A DNA stretch of 18,348 nt from a virus (Duplodnaviria; Heunggongvirae; Uroviricota; Caudoviricetes), in the IMG/VR virus record IMGVR_UViG_2636415477_000006, positions 1 through 18,348 of that record; one strand, 5' to 3'. The notes beneath the pieces are model-generated. The model worked only from the letters and a program-made list of their open reading frames with translations, searched no databases and was not told the DNA's origin. Both the position numbers and the translations under genes were made by a program. Of the stretch, positions 1 to 7,383 are shown piece after piece. How positions within the stretch are numbered: the first letter of the stretch is position 1; each line of letters opens with the position of its first letter.

Positions 1-70
1 GTGGGTCGACAGAATCCATGCCGACACGTTCAGCCAGCTTCCCTGCCAGCGTTGCGAGTGCTGTACTCAT
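1..70 (-). CDS. bet: Bet (Red-beta) single-strand annealing protein, N-terminal 23 codons only; gene continues beyond window start
   Basis: Reverse complement of 1..70 translates MSTALATLAGKLAERVGMDSVDP, which I recognise as the lambda Bet N-terminus; it sits 5 nt downstream of the gam stop in the same operon. Confidence 0.75.
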   Translation of the reverse strand, partial: MSTALATLAGKLAERVGMDSVDP

Positions 71-75
71 CCGTT

Positions 76-372
76 TTATACCTCTGAATCAATATTAATT
101 TGGTGACGGGCGATGGTTTCAGCCATGTAGCGGATGTGTTCTGCCATGCGTTCCTGAAAATCGACATCGTCATCAAATGCACGGGAAATAGCTTTTTTGC
201 TGGCCCCGTGACGTTGCAGATTATCGATGCATAGCGATTCAAACAGGTGTTGGGGCAGACCTTTTTCCAGGTCGTCTGCCAGCTCAGCTTCAGTTTCTTC
301 ACGGGCAATTTGCTGGTAGTGTCGTGCCCATGACTGCTCTTCAATGCGATCGGGGATAAGCCAGGCATTCAT
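76..372 (-). CDS. gam: Gam host-nuclease (RecBCD) inhibitor, short GamS-length form, 98 aa
   Basis: 98-aa ORF is near-colinear with the lambda GamS sequence as I remember it (…QSWARHYQQ…[13 protein letters not shown]…LQRHGASKK…[12 protein letters not shown]…); start ATG overlaps the stop of the upstream gene (ATGA); lies directly upstream of bet. Confidence 0.85.
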   Translation of the reverse strand: MNAWLIPDRIEEQSWARHYQQIAREETEAELADDLEKGLPQHLFESLCIDNLQRHGASKKAISRAFDDDVDFQERMAEHIRYMAETIARHQINIDSEV

Positions 373-2441
373 GATTTATCACCTCCGAAATTTTCAAGCC
401 TGTTGGCAATCATGATGGCGATATCAGGGATTGCTGGCGCTGTGGCTATACATGCGGGGTTGGCGCACAAACCATAGACGGCGGCAATCACGAGCTGTCT
501 TTTCCAGTCGAGAGTTACTGGCTCAGAATTGGCGTCATCGCCGGACGTATCACTGCCTGGCTCGTTCTGAACAACGGTTTCGCCCTCCTGAGCGGCATCA
601 ACAGAGTTTTCCTGAATGATCTTCTCCTCAGTTTGTGCTGAGTCTTCTCCATCAGCGGCGTCATTTTCTCCAAAAGTTTCTGTGTAAGTGCTATCGCCCA
701 TTACCGCACTACAGTCAGGGCAGTTACCCCCGCCAGTCTGACCACAGACGCGGCAGTTTTTTTCCAGCTCCGGTTGCGCTACTGGCCCTGGCTGTTGCTC
801 TTCTGACCCGTTTTGTTGCGTATCCGGGCTGTTTTGTCCCGCTTCTGGGGCAATTTGTTCCACTTTGGACTGATTCTGGTCCTCAGTGTCGCGAGTCTGG
901 ATCCCCTTCACCCACTTCGGATCAGCAGGGTTACTGATGCCTTCAACGAATTCTCCACGCGAGGCAGCCAGTAATTTGTCGGCATCGACTGGATTTTTTG
1001 GGGGGATGTTTTCCCTGGCTTTATTGAGTTCCTCCCTCAGTTCCTGGTATTTCGTTTCTACAGATGAGACATTTTCCAGTGATTGCGTGTCCTCATTATG
1101 TTTAACTGGAATTTCTTCCACTGATTCAGGCGCTGCCTGTTCATTAGCCATTGTGTCCGATGCTTGTTGCTTTTCTTCATCGCCATGTTTTCCTTCTGCT
1201 GTTCCGCGCTGCGGCATCGGTGCTGATGAGCGACCGCAGGCAATTTCCACGATTTCCGGATCCGGGTTAGCGTGATCGGTTTCGGTCAACACTTTGTTGA
1301 GATATTCAGTCACGCGTGCCGGGATGGCCTCAATGCCGATTGGTGCTTCTTTCACGGAAGCCACCACAATGGCGCGGGAATAATCCAGCCCACCGGGCAT
1401 GGCGATAAATTTGTCGCGAAAAACAGAAAAGGGCGGCTTATTCTCTGACACGATTTCTTCAACGCGTTTTGCGTGTGCTGGGTGCAGGTTATAAATATCC
1501 ACATCCATTGAACGGGCCAGAACGCCGGTGGCTACATCTCGTGCGAGTGATGTCTTATCATGTTTGAATCCTTCACCACGATCGGTAAGATTTCCGCCGC
1601 CAGCGTTAGCACCGGAAGGCGTACGGGTAATGCCTGAAACATAATTTCCGTTCTGCCATTCTTTTGTCAGCAGGCCCTGATCAAGGTAGTCAGTTTTCAT
1701 CCAGGTGGAAATGAACTTGTCGAATTCAGCCGGGCTGATGCGATGATTTGCAGAGTGGGGGAATGCTTTCCCTACAGATTCAGCCAGGCGACTAAGGTGA
1801 TAGTTCGTCAGTTTATCCAGTTCATGATGTGCGGCGCGCACAGCAGTAAGCAGGCTCTGAAGGTAACTGTCCTCTGTGTCCATCTCCATACGGATCACGT
1901 TATTGCGTTGTTCTGGTGTGGCGTGATGCCGGTATTTTCCATCTTCATCTTTGCTGAATAAGAAGAGGTGAAGGAAGCGATGAGTAAGGCTCAGAGTGGC
2001 GACGGGAATTTCACACTCAGAACAGTCATCGTCGCTGTCCGGGGATTCGCTTTTCTCCACATCATCCGGAATAGTTCCGTCCAGGTTATCGTTGTCATCG
2101 CCAGCAGTTGTGGCATCTTCACCGTTGATGTTGTCATCGAAGGGGATAGCCATCATGGTGATGCCATCGTTACCGCCTTTTTCATAGCGGTTGCAGAATT
2201 CAGTATCAAACACGCCTTCCGGTGGAAGGTCATTCACGACGGGGAAATTTACGCGAACGGGTTTTTTGAAATCATCCTCGTCGTAGCCTGCATCGTCCAT
2301 GGCTGCAATGCAGCGGGAAACTGCGACAGAAAGTTTTCTGGCCTCGGTCCAGAAAAAACCGCCTTTGATGCCAAGGCGTTTTCTGACTTTATCGTTTTTT
2401 GCTTCGCAGTGTAGTGCAAAAGTCTGTTTATCAGCGCTCAT
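369..2441 (-). CDS. Large acidic 690-aa protein, possibly related to the non-nuclease N-terminal region of RecE (exonuclease VIII); Cys4 zinc-ribbon-like motif (CRVCG…CPDC) near C-terminus; no recognisable nuclease motifs
   Basis: Long ORF with SD-like AGAGG 10 nt upstream of the ATG at 2441; Asp/Glu-rich low-complexity stretches; a central [16 protein letters not shown]…[13 protein letters not shown]…NLHPAHAKR segment that I associate with RecE; translationally coupled to gam. Confidence 0.5.
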   Translation of the reverse strand: MSADKQTFALHCEAKNDKVRKRLGIKGGFFWTEARKLSVAVSRCIAAMDDAGYDEDDFKKPVRVNFPVVNDLPPEGVFDTEFCNRYEKGGNDGITMMAIPFDDNINGEDATTAGDDNDNLDGTIPDDVEKSESPDSDDDCSECEIPVATLSLTHRFLHLFLFSKDEDGKYRHHATPEQRNNVIRMEMDTEDSYLQSLLTAVRAAHHELDKLTNYHLSRLAESVGKAFPHSANHRISPAEFDKFISTWMKTDYLDQGLLTKEWQNGNYVSGITRTPSGANAGGGNLTDRGEGFKHDKTSLARDVATGVLARSMDVDIYNLHPAHAKRVEEIVSENKPPFSVFRDKFIAMPGGLDYSRAIVVASVKEAPIGIEAIPARVTEYLNKVLTETDHANPDPEIVEIACGRSSAPMPQRGTAEGKHGDEEKQQASDTMANEQAAPESVEEIPVKHNEDTQSLENVSSVETKYQELREELNKARENIPPKNPVDADKLLAASRGEFVEGISNPADPKWVKGIQTRDTEDQNQSKVEQIAPEAGQNSPDTQQNGSEEQQPGPVAQPELEKNCRVCGQTGGGNCPDCSAVMGDSTYTETFGENDAADGEDSAQTEEKIIQENSVDAAQEGETVVQNEPGSDTSGDDANSEPVTLDWKRQLVIAAVYGLCANPACIATAPAIPDIAIMIANRLENFGGDKS

Positions 2442-2517
2442 TGTATTTAAACCTCTGGCTGGATTAGAATTAGCGGCCCTTTGTCTGATTTCTCCGAATA
2501 CGGTGACGCAGGGAGAA

Positions 2518-2550
2518 ATCCGGTAGCCTGCGCTGCCGGATTTTTATTTC
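2518..2550. terminator. Hairpin with T-run on plus strand and U-rich tail on minus strand; likely terminator after the 128-aa moron gene
   Basis: ATCCGG…CCGGAT outer stem with inner GC-rich pairing, followed by TTTTTATTT on plus strand; on minus strand it lies immediately after the stop at 2549. Confidence 0.4.
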
Positions 2551-2935
2551 AGTGGAAGGTTGCCTGGTTTGCTGTTTTGTGAGTTGTTTTTCCCTTTTCG
2601 TGCTGGCATTCAGGGCAGTCGCACTCGGAATTTTCTCTTGCAAACTCAAGAGCCTGCGCCAGTGTATGGATTTGTTGTACTCCAATGTTGCTTCTGACGA
2701 CTTCACGTGCAGCATGAATATATGGGCTTGGTGTTTTGCCATTTAACCCACATAAAACAAAACGACTGTCCTTATATTCGTTATTTCCAACTTCTGTAAG
2801 CACTGAAAAAGAAAATACAAAGTCGATTTTGTATTCTTTGCATATTTTACTGATGCGTTCTGCAATTTCTTTGAGTTCATTTATTGCATCAGGACTGGTT
2901 TCGGAAAATATTTCATTTTGCGCAAGTTCTTTCAT
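2549..2935 (-). CDS. Hypothetical 128-aa protein with C-terminal Cys cluster (ECDCPECQHEKGK); AT-rich moron-like gene
   Basis: ORF in a locally AT-rich segment (about 2750..2950); weak SD (GGAAAAA) upstream of the ATG; followed by hairpin at 2518..2550. Confidence 0.5.
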   Translation of the reverse strand: MKELAQNEIFSETSPDAINELKEIAERISKICKEYKIDFVFSFSVLTEVGNNEYKDSRFVLCGLNGKTPSPYIHAAREVVRSNIGVQQIHTLAQALEFARENSECDCPECQHEKGKTTHKTANQATFH

Positions 2936-3018
2936 TTTGATTTTTCCGTGATTGATAATTAATGCGGTTTTATTTCGGCTTGTCTGTTACAGATATGGAA
3001 GGTGTATTTTATTACTCG

Positions 3019-3240
3019 TCACAACGACGCTGCTTTTACGGGTAAGCCATCGCGCCCGATGAAAACTTTAATCATGCAGTCGGTAATGCATGTTTTTGTT
3101 GTGAAGTTACGAATATAGAGTTTTCTCTTTTCAATATTGTTTGCTGAAGCGATATATGTCCGACCTTCATGAAGAACATAATCGCCAGGCGTCACGCACT
3201 GACGTGGTATTTCATCAGTTCCGAAGTGATGAGCAATCAT
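3019..3240 (-). CDS. kilR: KilR-like small killing protein (Rac prophage FtsZ inhibitor family), 73 aa
   Basis: Start at the internal ATG at 3240 has a GGAGA SD 6 nt upstream; the product [35 protein letters not shown]…[13 protein letters not shown] matches my memory of Rac KilR in sequence and length. Confidence 0.6.
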   Translation of the reverse strand: MIAHHFGTDEIPRQCVTPGDYVLHEGRTYIASANNIEKRKLYIRNFTTKTCITDCMIKVFIGRDGLPVKAASL

Positions 3241-3696
3241 AATTATCTCCATTTTCACAAATGAACTTTGTTGATGCGGTGCCTGGTGCCTCCAGGTGAC
3301 GTTAACCAGTTAACAACTAACGCCGGGTCAGGGGACGATGACTTTCCGTGACATCCTGTCGGTTTAACTGTTCCGCGTGCGCATAGCCGCATTCACCGCA
3401 TCACAAAATTCACTTTAAAAAGGGCGGACATCAGCAATCGGCAAACCGATATCCGCCAAGGGTTACACACAGCAATGTTGTTATTCACAACCGGAAGCGC
3501 ACGGTCGAAGAAATCTAACGACAATCCTTCTATGGGAAAGAGTCTTCGCCTCGCGCTTTCGTGTAGTACCCTGGCTTTCAGGGTAATGTCTGTTCAGTAA
3601 ACTGAGAGTGCAGGAACTCACCCGTGTCCGGCGCACGATCTCCACCTCACCCGTGGAGAACTCCTCAACTACAAACCCCGTAAGGAGAGTGAATTT

Positions 3697-3906
3697 ATGA
3701 CACAAGAAGAAAAAGTGATGTTTCTGATGCGGCTGGCTGTCGATACTTACAACACACAATTTACGGAGAAAGATATACCTCAAAAGGCAGTTCCTGCCGC
3801 GGTAGATAAGGGCGGTGCTATTGCCGTATTTTACGATGCATTTGAATCATTTTTTAATGAAAAACTCGACGCTGTTAGCGACTTCGGAACATCGAGTAAT
3901 AAATAA
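3697..3906 (+). CDS. Hypothetical 69-aa protein, plus strand, antisense to the leftward operon
   Basis: Strong SD AAGGAGAG 6-7 nt upstream of the ATG; acidic helical-looking product; 3' end overlaps the convergent ORF 3875..4234 by 32 nt. Confidence 0.45.
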   Translation: MTQEEKVMFLMRLAVDTYNTQFTEKDIPQKAVPAAVDKGGAIAVFYDAFESFFNEKLDAVSDFGTSSNK

Positions 3907-4234
3907 CGTTCATTACGGTTCTTAAACAACAATCAGTGGGCTTGATGTTGTTCTTTTCAAGCTCACTTGCCATCACTTCCATTATTCTTGCACTTACACG
4001 AATTATTTGGTGGCTGTAAGCGACGCAACTGTCGCTGATATTGCTGTTTATTTCTATTACTTCATTTTCACTGGCGGCGCTAAATTTGGATATGCCGTTT
4101 CCATTGTCCTGTTTCAGTGCTGTTTCCGCTATCCGGATGCGTTCCTGCGTTGCGGAATTTGGGCTAAGTCGATAAACCTGTCTGGCATCTTCCAGAAGCA
4201 GGGCGATAATGTGCTTCAGTTCTGTTTCATTCAT
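3875..4234 (-). CDS. Hypothetical protein, about 119 aa (start chosen at MNETELK)
   Basis: ORF with GGAG 7 nt upstream of the ATG at 4234; no recognisable motifs. Confidence 0.4.
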   Translation of the reverse strand: MNETELKHIIALLLEDARQVYRLSPNSATQERIRIAETALKQDNGNGISKFSAASENEVIEINSNISDSCVAYSHQIIRVSARIMEVMASELEKNNIKPTDCCLRTVMNVIYYSMFRSR

Positions 4235-4371
4235 AGTTAACTCCGGTAGTTGCAATTTATTAATATCAGGCGGTCAGCTCTTTAAGCTTCTGAACTGCTT
4301 TATTCATTTCATCCATACAGTCGATGAATTCGTCCAGTTTAAGCTGCATTTTTCCGGCGGCCTGAAGAATT

Positions 4372-4656
4372 TCAAGTTTTAAGGGCGCAAGTTTTTTGTT
4401 GTAATCGACGCAGGTTATTAACTCGCGGCCAGTAATATTTTGGCTTGGCACGAGATCCGGGTCTTGAACCTACACAAACTATATAGCTCTCTTCTTTCCT
4501 CGGAAGGCCAGGTGCATCTAGCAGACGGCCTAGTTCGAATTTTTTTACGTTGACACCAGGAGGAATCACCTCGACGATAAACCCGATTTTTACCTTCGTT
4601 ACACCGTTTGATGAGCTTGACCATTTAACTTCATCGTTCAATTTGAACTTCATCAT
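4372..4656 (-). CDS. Hypothetical 94-aa protein; possible frameshifted gene continuing in another frame to 4266
   Basis: GAGG SD 5 nt upstream of ATGATG at 4656; ORF ends just after an A6 run (minus strand, about 4387..4392), where the overlapping 4266..4451 frame continues with a GTG-initiated ORF lacking an SD. Confidence 0.45.
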   Translation of the reverse strand: MMKFKLNDEVKWSSSSNGVTKVKIGFIVEVIPPGVNVKKFELGRLLDAPGLPRKEESYIVCVGSRPGSRAKPKYYWPRVNNLRRLQQKTCALKT

Positions 4657-4661
4657 TAACC

Positions 4662-4967
4662 TCAATCGTAATAAGCCGGAATTGATTTTCCGCGTTGTTT
4701 CTGGCGGCCTGAGCAAGTCACACCCATTTCACTGCGTGGTTTGCGGTAGTAAATACGGTTCTGTTTACTCTCGACTTCTTCTGCCTTCTTGCAGCGAAGG
4801 CTTCCGAGTGATACTGCTTTGTCTGCTCCGACGCAACCAGAGATCTTTAGCGCAATCTTCCGTGTCAGTCTTTCACTACTGCGTCGCTCTGCAATAAGTT
4901 CTTCCCTGCGAGCTTTATAGCGGCTTTTTGCCGTACCTTTGGATTCTTTCCAGATTATGGTTACCAT
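4662..4967 (-). CDS. N: N-like transcription antiterminator (arginine-rich motif near N-terminus), 101 aa
   Basis: AAGGAGA SD 5 nt upstream of the ATG at 4967; N-terminal GTAKSRYKARREELIAERR is an arginine-rich motif resembling P22/lambda N family; first gene downstream of the pL/nutL candidate. Confidence 0.6.
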   Translation of the reverse strand: MVTIIWKESKGTAKSRYKARREELIAERRSSERLTRKIALKISGCVGADKAVSLGSLRCKKAEEVESKQNRIYYRKPRSEMGVTCSGRQKQRGKSIPAYYD

Positions 4968-5078
4968 GATGGTCTCCTTTAAGTGGCTTTGGTGTATGAC
5001 GCGTCGAGGTGTTTTTCTTCTCGATCGCGGCCTTGCAACTGAAATTCGCGTCATCCCCAAAACCACTTAGATTTTGGT

Positions 5079-5118
5079 CTCAACGGTTAGGTTGAGAGTC
5101 CATCAATGTTAAAGAGCC
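5079..5118 (-). promoter_or_regulatory. nutL candidate: boxA (GGCTCTTTAACA) followed 8 nt later by a boxB hairpin (CUCAAC-CUAACC-GUUGAG)
   Basis: Minus-strand reading of 5107..5118 is a near-consensus boxA; inverted repeat at 5079..5096 forms a 6-bp stem with 6-nt loop; lies between the pL candidate and the N-like gene. Confidence 0.5.
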
Positions 5119-5164
5119 GGCCAATCTGTTCCGTTTGGCTTCCAGCGTCCTGCTGTTGAATTGA

Positions 5165-5239
5165 AGATAACCTAAGTTATCTGGTTGTTCAATAACTATA
5201 TTTATCATTTTATGAAAAACGTTATAAATAACTGATAAC
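5165..5239 (-). promoter_or_regulatory. pL/OL candidate: minus-strand promoter TTGAAC-17-TATCTT overlapping operator ATAACctaaGTTAT (5167..5180), with further ATAAC/GTTAT half-sites at 5221..5239
   Basis: -35 (reverse complement of 5187..5192) and -10 (reverse complement of 5165..5170) with 17-bp spacer; same ATAAC-N4-GTTAT dyad as in the cI-cro intergenic region. Confidence 0.45.
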
Positions 5240-5300
5240 AAAAATATTTTATTTTTTGTGGTATCCGCGTGATATTTTCAAGGGGGAAAGGCTGATTGTT

Positions 5301-5522
5301 ATGGGTGATTGCATGTTAATCGAAGGGGAATTTGGTGTGTTGCACCAGCGGGTAGTCGAAATTCTAGGGGTGTCGTTGCTTGAGGTTATTGCTACTGGGG
5401 AAGCTATTTCAGCAGATGCTATTGCGGGAATGATCCGAGTGCTTCACCATGATGAATTGGATGATCTCGCTGTGAAGTTAGCTATAGATGTGTTACTTCA
5501 GGATATGCGACTGTGTAATTAA
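5301..5522 (+). CDS. Hypothetical 73-aa protein on plus strand between OL and cI, convergent with cI
   Basis: ATG at 5301 preceded by AGGGGGAAAGG; only ORF of note on either strand across 5256..5522; AT-rich putative promoter overlapping operator half-sites upstream. The ORF track extends it to a TTG at 5256. Confidence 0.45.
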   Translation: MGDCMLIEGEFGVLHQRVVEILGVSLLEVIATGEAISADAIAGMIRVLHHDELDDLAVKLAIDVLLQDMRLCN

Positions 5523-5523
5523 G

Positions 5524-5552
5524 TAAATAAAACCCGGCACTGGAGCCGGGGG
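5524..5552 (-). terminator. Intrinsic terminator downstream of cI (shared bidirectionally with the convergent plus-strand gene)
   Basis: CCCGGC-actgga-GCCGGG hairpin; on minus strand it is followed by UUUUAUUU; on plus strand by a weaker T tail. Confidence 0.55.
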
Positions 5553-5674
5553 ATTTAGAAATGGCATTTTATGAATTGGCTACTTGGCGAATGGTTTACC
5601 ATCGGTGGTATTGAGCACAATAAAAGGCCGTTCTTCGTGAGTGTTCTTATAGCAAAAGTTCAGTTGGAGTCTGA

Positions 5675-6382
5675 TTACCAGCTATGTGATGACCAGAACA
5701 CTCGCCCTATGATTCTTACGTTTTTGTAGAATTCTTCTCTGTTCATTACTTCATCAGGATACTCTTCGCGGTTTATCGATCTGATAATTACCGATGTTGG
5801 CGTGGCTATGAGCGTTTTTACCCTTAACAAATCAGCTTGGCAAATTGCATATGTTTTACCATCCCTGATGCTCGTATCTTGCGTGTTTACCCCCACCACA
5901 TCACCATCATGGAGTGTTGGCTCCATGCTTTGCCCAACAACCCTGACCAACTTTGCCGCTTTTTCTGGAACTCCCATTTTTTTCAGGTAATAGCGCCTAA
6001 AAACTAGAGAGAATTCTGCGGACTCCTCCAATGCACAACTTCCTCCGCCAGCTGAAAGTGAAATATTTAGAAGGGGGAGCGCAACAAATTCGTCATTATC
6101 ATTTTGATGATCATCCCAGGCGATAGCTTTTAAAGATGATTCCCGAGCATTAGATGGCTCTTCTGCGCTCTGTGGTCTCATTGACCCTATACCAGAGCTT
6201 AGCCATTCAGGGCGAACTCTTAACGCGTTGGCTAATTCGACCATTTTACGTGATCCGGTTGTTTTACCAGATGACATCTTTTGTATGGCTGGTTGTGATA
6301 CCCCCACCATGTCTGCAAGTTGTGCTTGTGACAACCCGGCTGAACTCATGGCGGCATTTAGTCTTTCTGCGAATGTTTTCAT
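5675..6382 (-). CDS. cI: CI-type prophage repressor: N-terminal XRE-family HTH plus C-terminal S24 (LexA-like) autopeptidase domain, 235 aa
   Basis: N-terminal …LSQAQLADMVGVSQPAIQKM… HTH; Ala-Gly-type cleavage region (LSAGGG); GQSMEPT serine motif; divergent from cro across an operator-rich intergenic region. Confidence 0.9.
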   Translation of the reverse strand: MKTFAERLNAAMSSAGLSQAQLADMVGVSQPAIQKMSSGKTTGSRKMVELANALRVRPEWLSSGIGSMRPQSAEEPSNARESSLKAIAWDDHQNDNDEFVALPLLNISLSAGGGSCALEESAEFSLVFRRYYLKKMGVPEKAAKLVRVVGQSMEPTLHDGDVVGVNTQDTSIRDGKTYAICQADLLRVKTLIATPTSVIIRSINREEYPDEVMNREEFYKNVRIIGRVFWSSHSW

Positions 6383-6492
6383 ACCTGTAATCTATAACCA
6401 CGGTTATCAAAAGTAAAACAACAATTGTTATTGCCCTGGTGTATAACTCATGTTATTTTTGGTTATGCTTTATTTGCTGTAGAGGTATGCTC
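6383..6492. promoter_or_regulatory. OR/pRM/pR candidate region: three dyad operators (ATAACcacgGTTAT 6394..6407; AACAATTGTT-centred site about 6417..6431; ATAACtcatGTTAT 6444..6457)
   Basis: Repeated ATAAC/GTTAT half-sites spaced about 24-26 bp centre to centre; plausible minus-strand pRM TTGTTT-18-TTATAG ending just before the leaderless-like cI ATG; the plus-strand pR is not pinned down. Confidence 0.5.
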
Positions 6493-6717
6493 ATGAATTT
6501 AGTGATTCAGCGAGCCTTGAATATTGTTGGCAGTCAAAAACGACTTGCAGCTGATTGCGGCGTATCACAGCCCGCTGTTCATAAATGGTTGCGAGGCGGA
6601 AAAGTTTCTCCTGAAAAAGTTTTCGCTATCGTTAATGCCACCAATGGTCAGGTTAAGGCTTACGAAATTCGCCCGGACTTACCGCACCTGTTTCCTCATC
6701 CGAACCAGGCTGAATAA
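6493..6717 (+). CDS. cro: Cro-like HTH regulator, 74 aa
   Basis: GAGG SD 7 nt upstream of the ATG at 6493; product has a …LAADCGVSQPAVHKW… HTH; divergent from cI. Confidence 0.8.
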   Translation: MNLVIQRALNIVGSQKRLAADCGVSQPAVHKWLRGGKVSPEKVFAIVNATNGQVKAYEIRPDLPHLFPHPNQAE

Positions 6718-6724
6718 GTAACAC

Positions 6725-6765
6725 CGCTCTTTAACATTGCTGGTCGTTCACCTCTAACAGGGTGA
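6725..6765 (+). promoter_or_regulatory. nutR candidate: boxA CGCTCTTTAACA (6725..6736) plus boxB-like hairpin UCACC-ucuaacag-GGUGA (6748..6765)
   Basis: Exact boxA consensus 8 nt after the cro stop; hairpin loop shares CUAAC with the nutL boxB loop. Confidence 0.5.
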
Positions 6766-6833
6766 GCAAACATCAGTGGCAAACCCATTGGGGATTGCCG
6801 CTTAACCCCATATCAATATAGGAAAATTAACAA

Positions 6834-7130
6834 ATGTCACAAACAAGTTACAGCAAACTGTCACAGCGCGATATCGATCGCGCTGAAACGGATTTACTTA
6901 TCAACCTGTCAGCTCTGACGCAAAGGGGACTGGCGAAGATGATTGGCTGCCATGAATCGAAGGTCAGTCGTACCGACTGGCGATACATCGCGGCGATTTT
7001 ATGCGCGTTTCAGATGGCATCTGATATCAGTCCGATCAGCCGGGCTTTCCAGCATGCCATTAACGTTCATGCAAATAAAAAACGTCCGGTTGGGGCCGGA
7101 CGTTCTGAGCAAATCCTGATGAATATCTGA
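6834..7130 (+). CDS. cII: CII-like transcriptional activator, 98 aa
   Basis: AGGA SD; C-terminal …NKKRPVGAGRSEQILMNI resembles the lambda CII C-terminus (…NKKRPAATERSEQIQMEF) from memory; position immediately after cro/nutR. Confidence 0.8.
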   Translation: MSQTSYSKLSQRDIDRAETDLLINLSALTQRGLAKMIGCHESKVSRTDWRYIAAILCAFQMASDISPISRAFQHAINVHANKKRPVGAGRSEQILMNI

Positions 7131-7193
7131 TATTCAGGCAGGGCATGGAGCAATACACGGGAATAATTCTGCCACATCTGGAAGAATTTCGCC

Positions 7194-7350
7194 AGCAACA
7201 ACACCAACCGCAGCAGCCTGAAGCCGATTGGGTTAACCCGGAGATACCGGGACCGTCTGTGAAGATGTGCAGTCACACCAATGTGCAGTCACACCAACCG
7301 CAGCAGCCTGAAGCCGATTGGGTTAACCCGGGAGATACCGGGACCGTCTG
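7194..7350. repeat. Two direct copies of a ~60-bp dyad-rich element (7194..7259 and 7284..7350) separated by a perfect 16-bp tandem duplication (ATGTGCAGTCACACCA x2, 7265..7296)
   Basis: Direct sequence comparison: GCAACAAC(A/G)CCAACCGCAGCAGCCTGAAGCCGATTGGGTTAACCCGG(G)AGATACCGGGACCGTCTG; contains the palindrome GGGTTAACCC and CCCGG/CCGGG inverted arms. Confidence 0.85.
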
Positions 7351-7383
7351 CGGTATGGAGTAAATCTTGTATGCGAGGGGACT

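Noticed and set aside
30-368. 112-aa minus-strand ORF overlapping gam in another frame
   Set aside because: Entirely overlaps the well-supported gam reading frame; no SD; an alternative-frame artefact.
431-2414. Several plus-strand ORFs (431..619, 635..937, 886..1275, 1743..1961, 1968..2414, 1996..2187, 2299..2526) antisense to the 690-aa gene
   Set aside because: All lie inside the long minus-strand gene, lack SD sequences, and have low-complexity Ser/Leu-rich composition typical of antisense shadow ORFs.
3481-3783. 100-aa minus-strand ORF across the hairpin-rich intergenic region
   Set aside because: No SD, overlaps the strong SD and start of the plus-strand gene at 3697, and runs through repeat and hairpin sequence; more likely non-coding.
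3260-4660. cIII-like gene in the leftward operon
   Set aside because: No ORF in the track resembles lambda CIII; a shorter unlisted ORF cannot be excluded but nothing supports one.
6439-6721. Longer cro start at 6439 and alternative-frame ORF 6524..6721
   Set aside because: The 6439 start lies inside the operator/promoter region with no SD, whereas the ATG at 6493 has a GAGG SD; 6524..6721 is an overlapping frame with no support.
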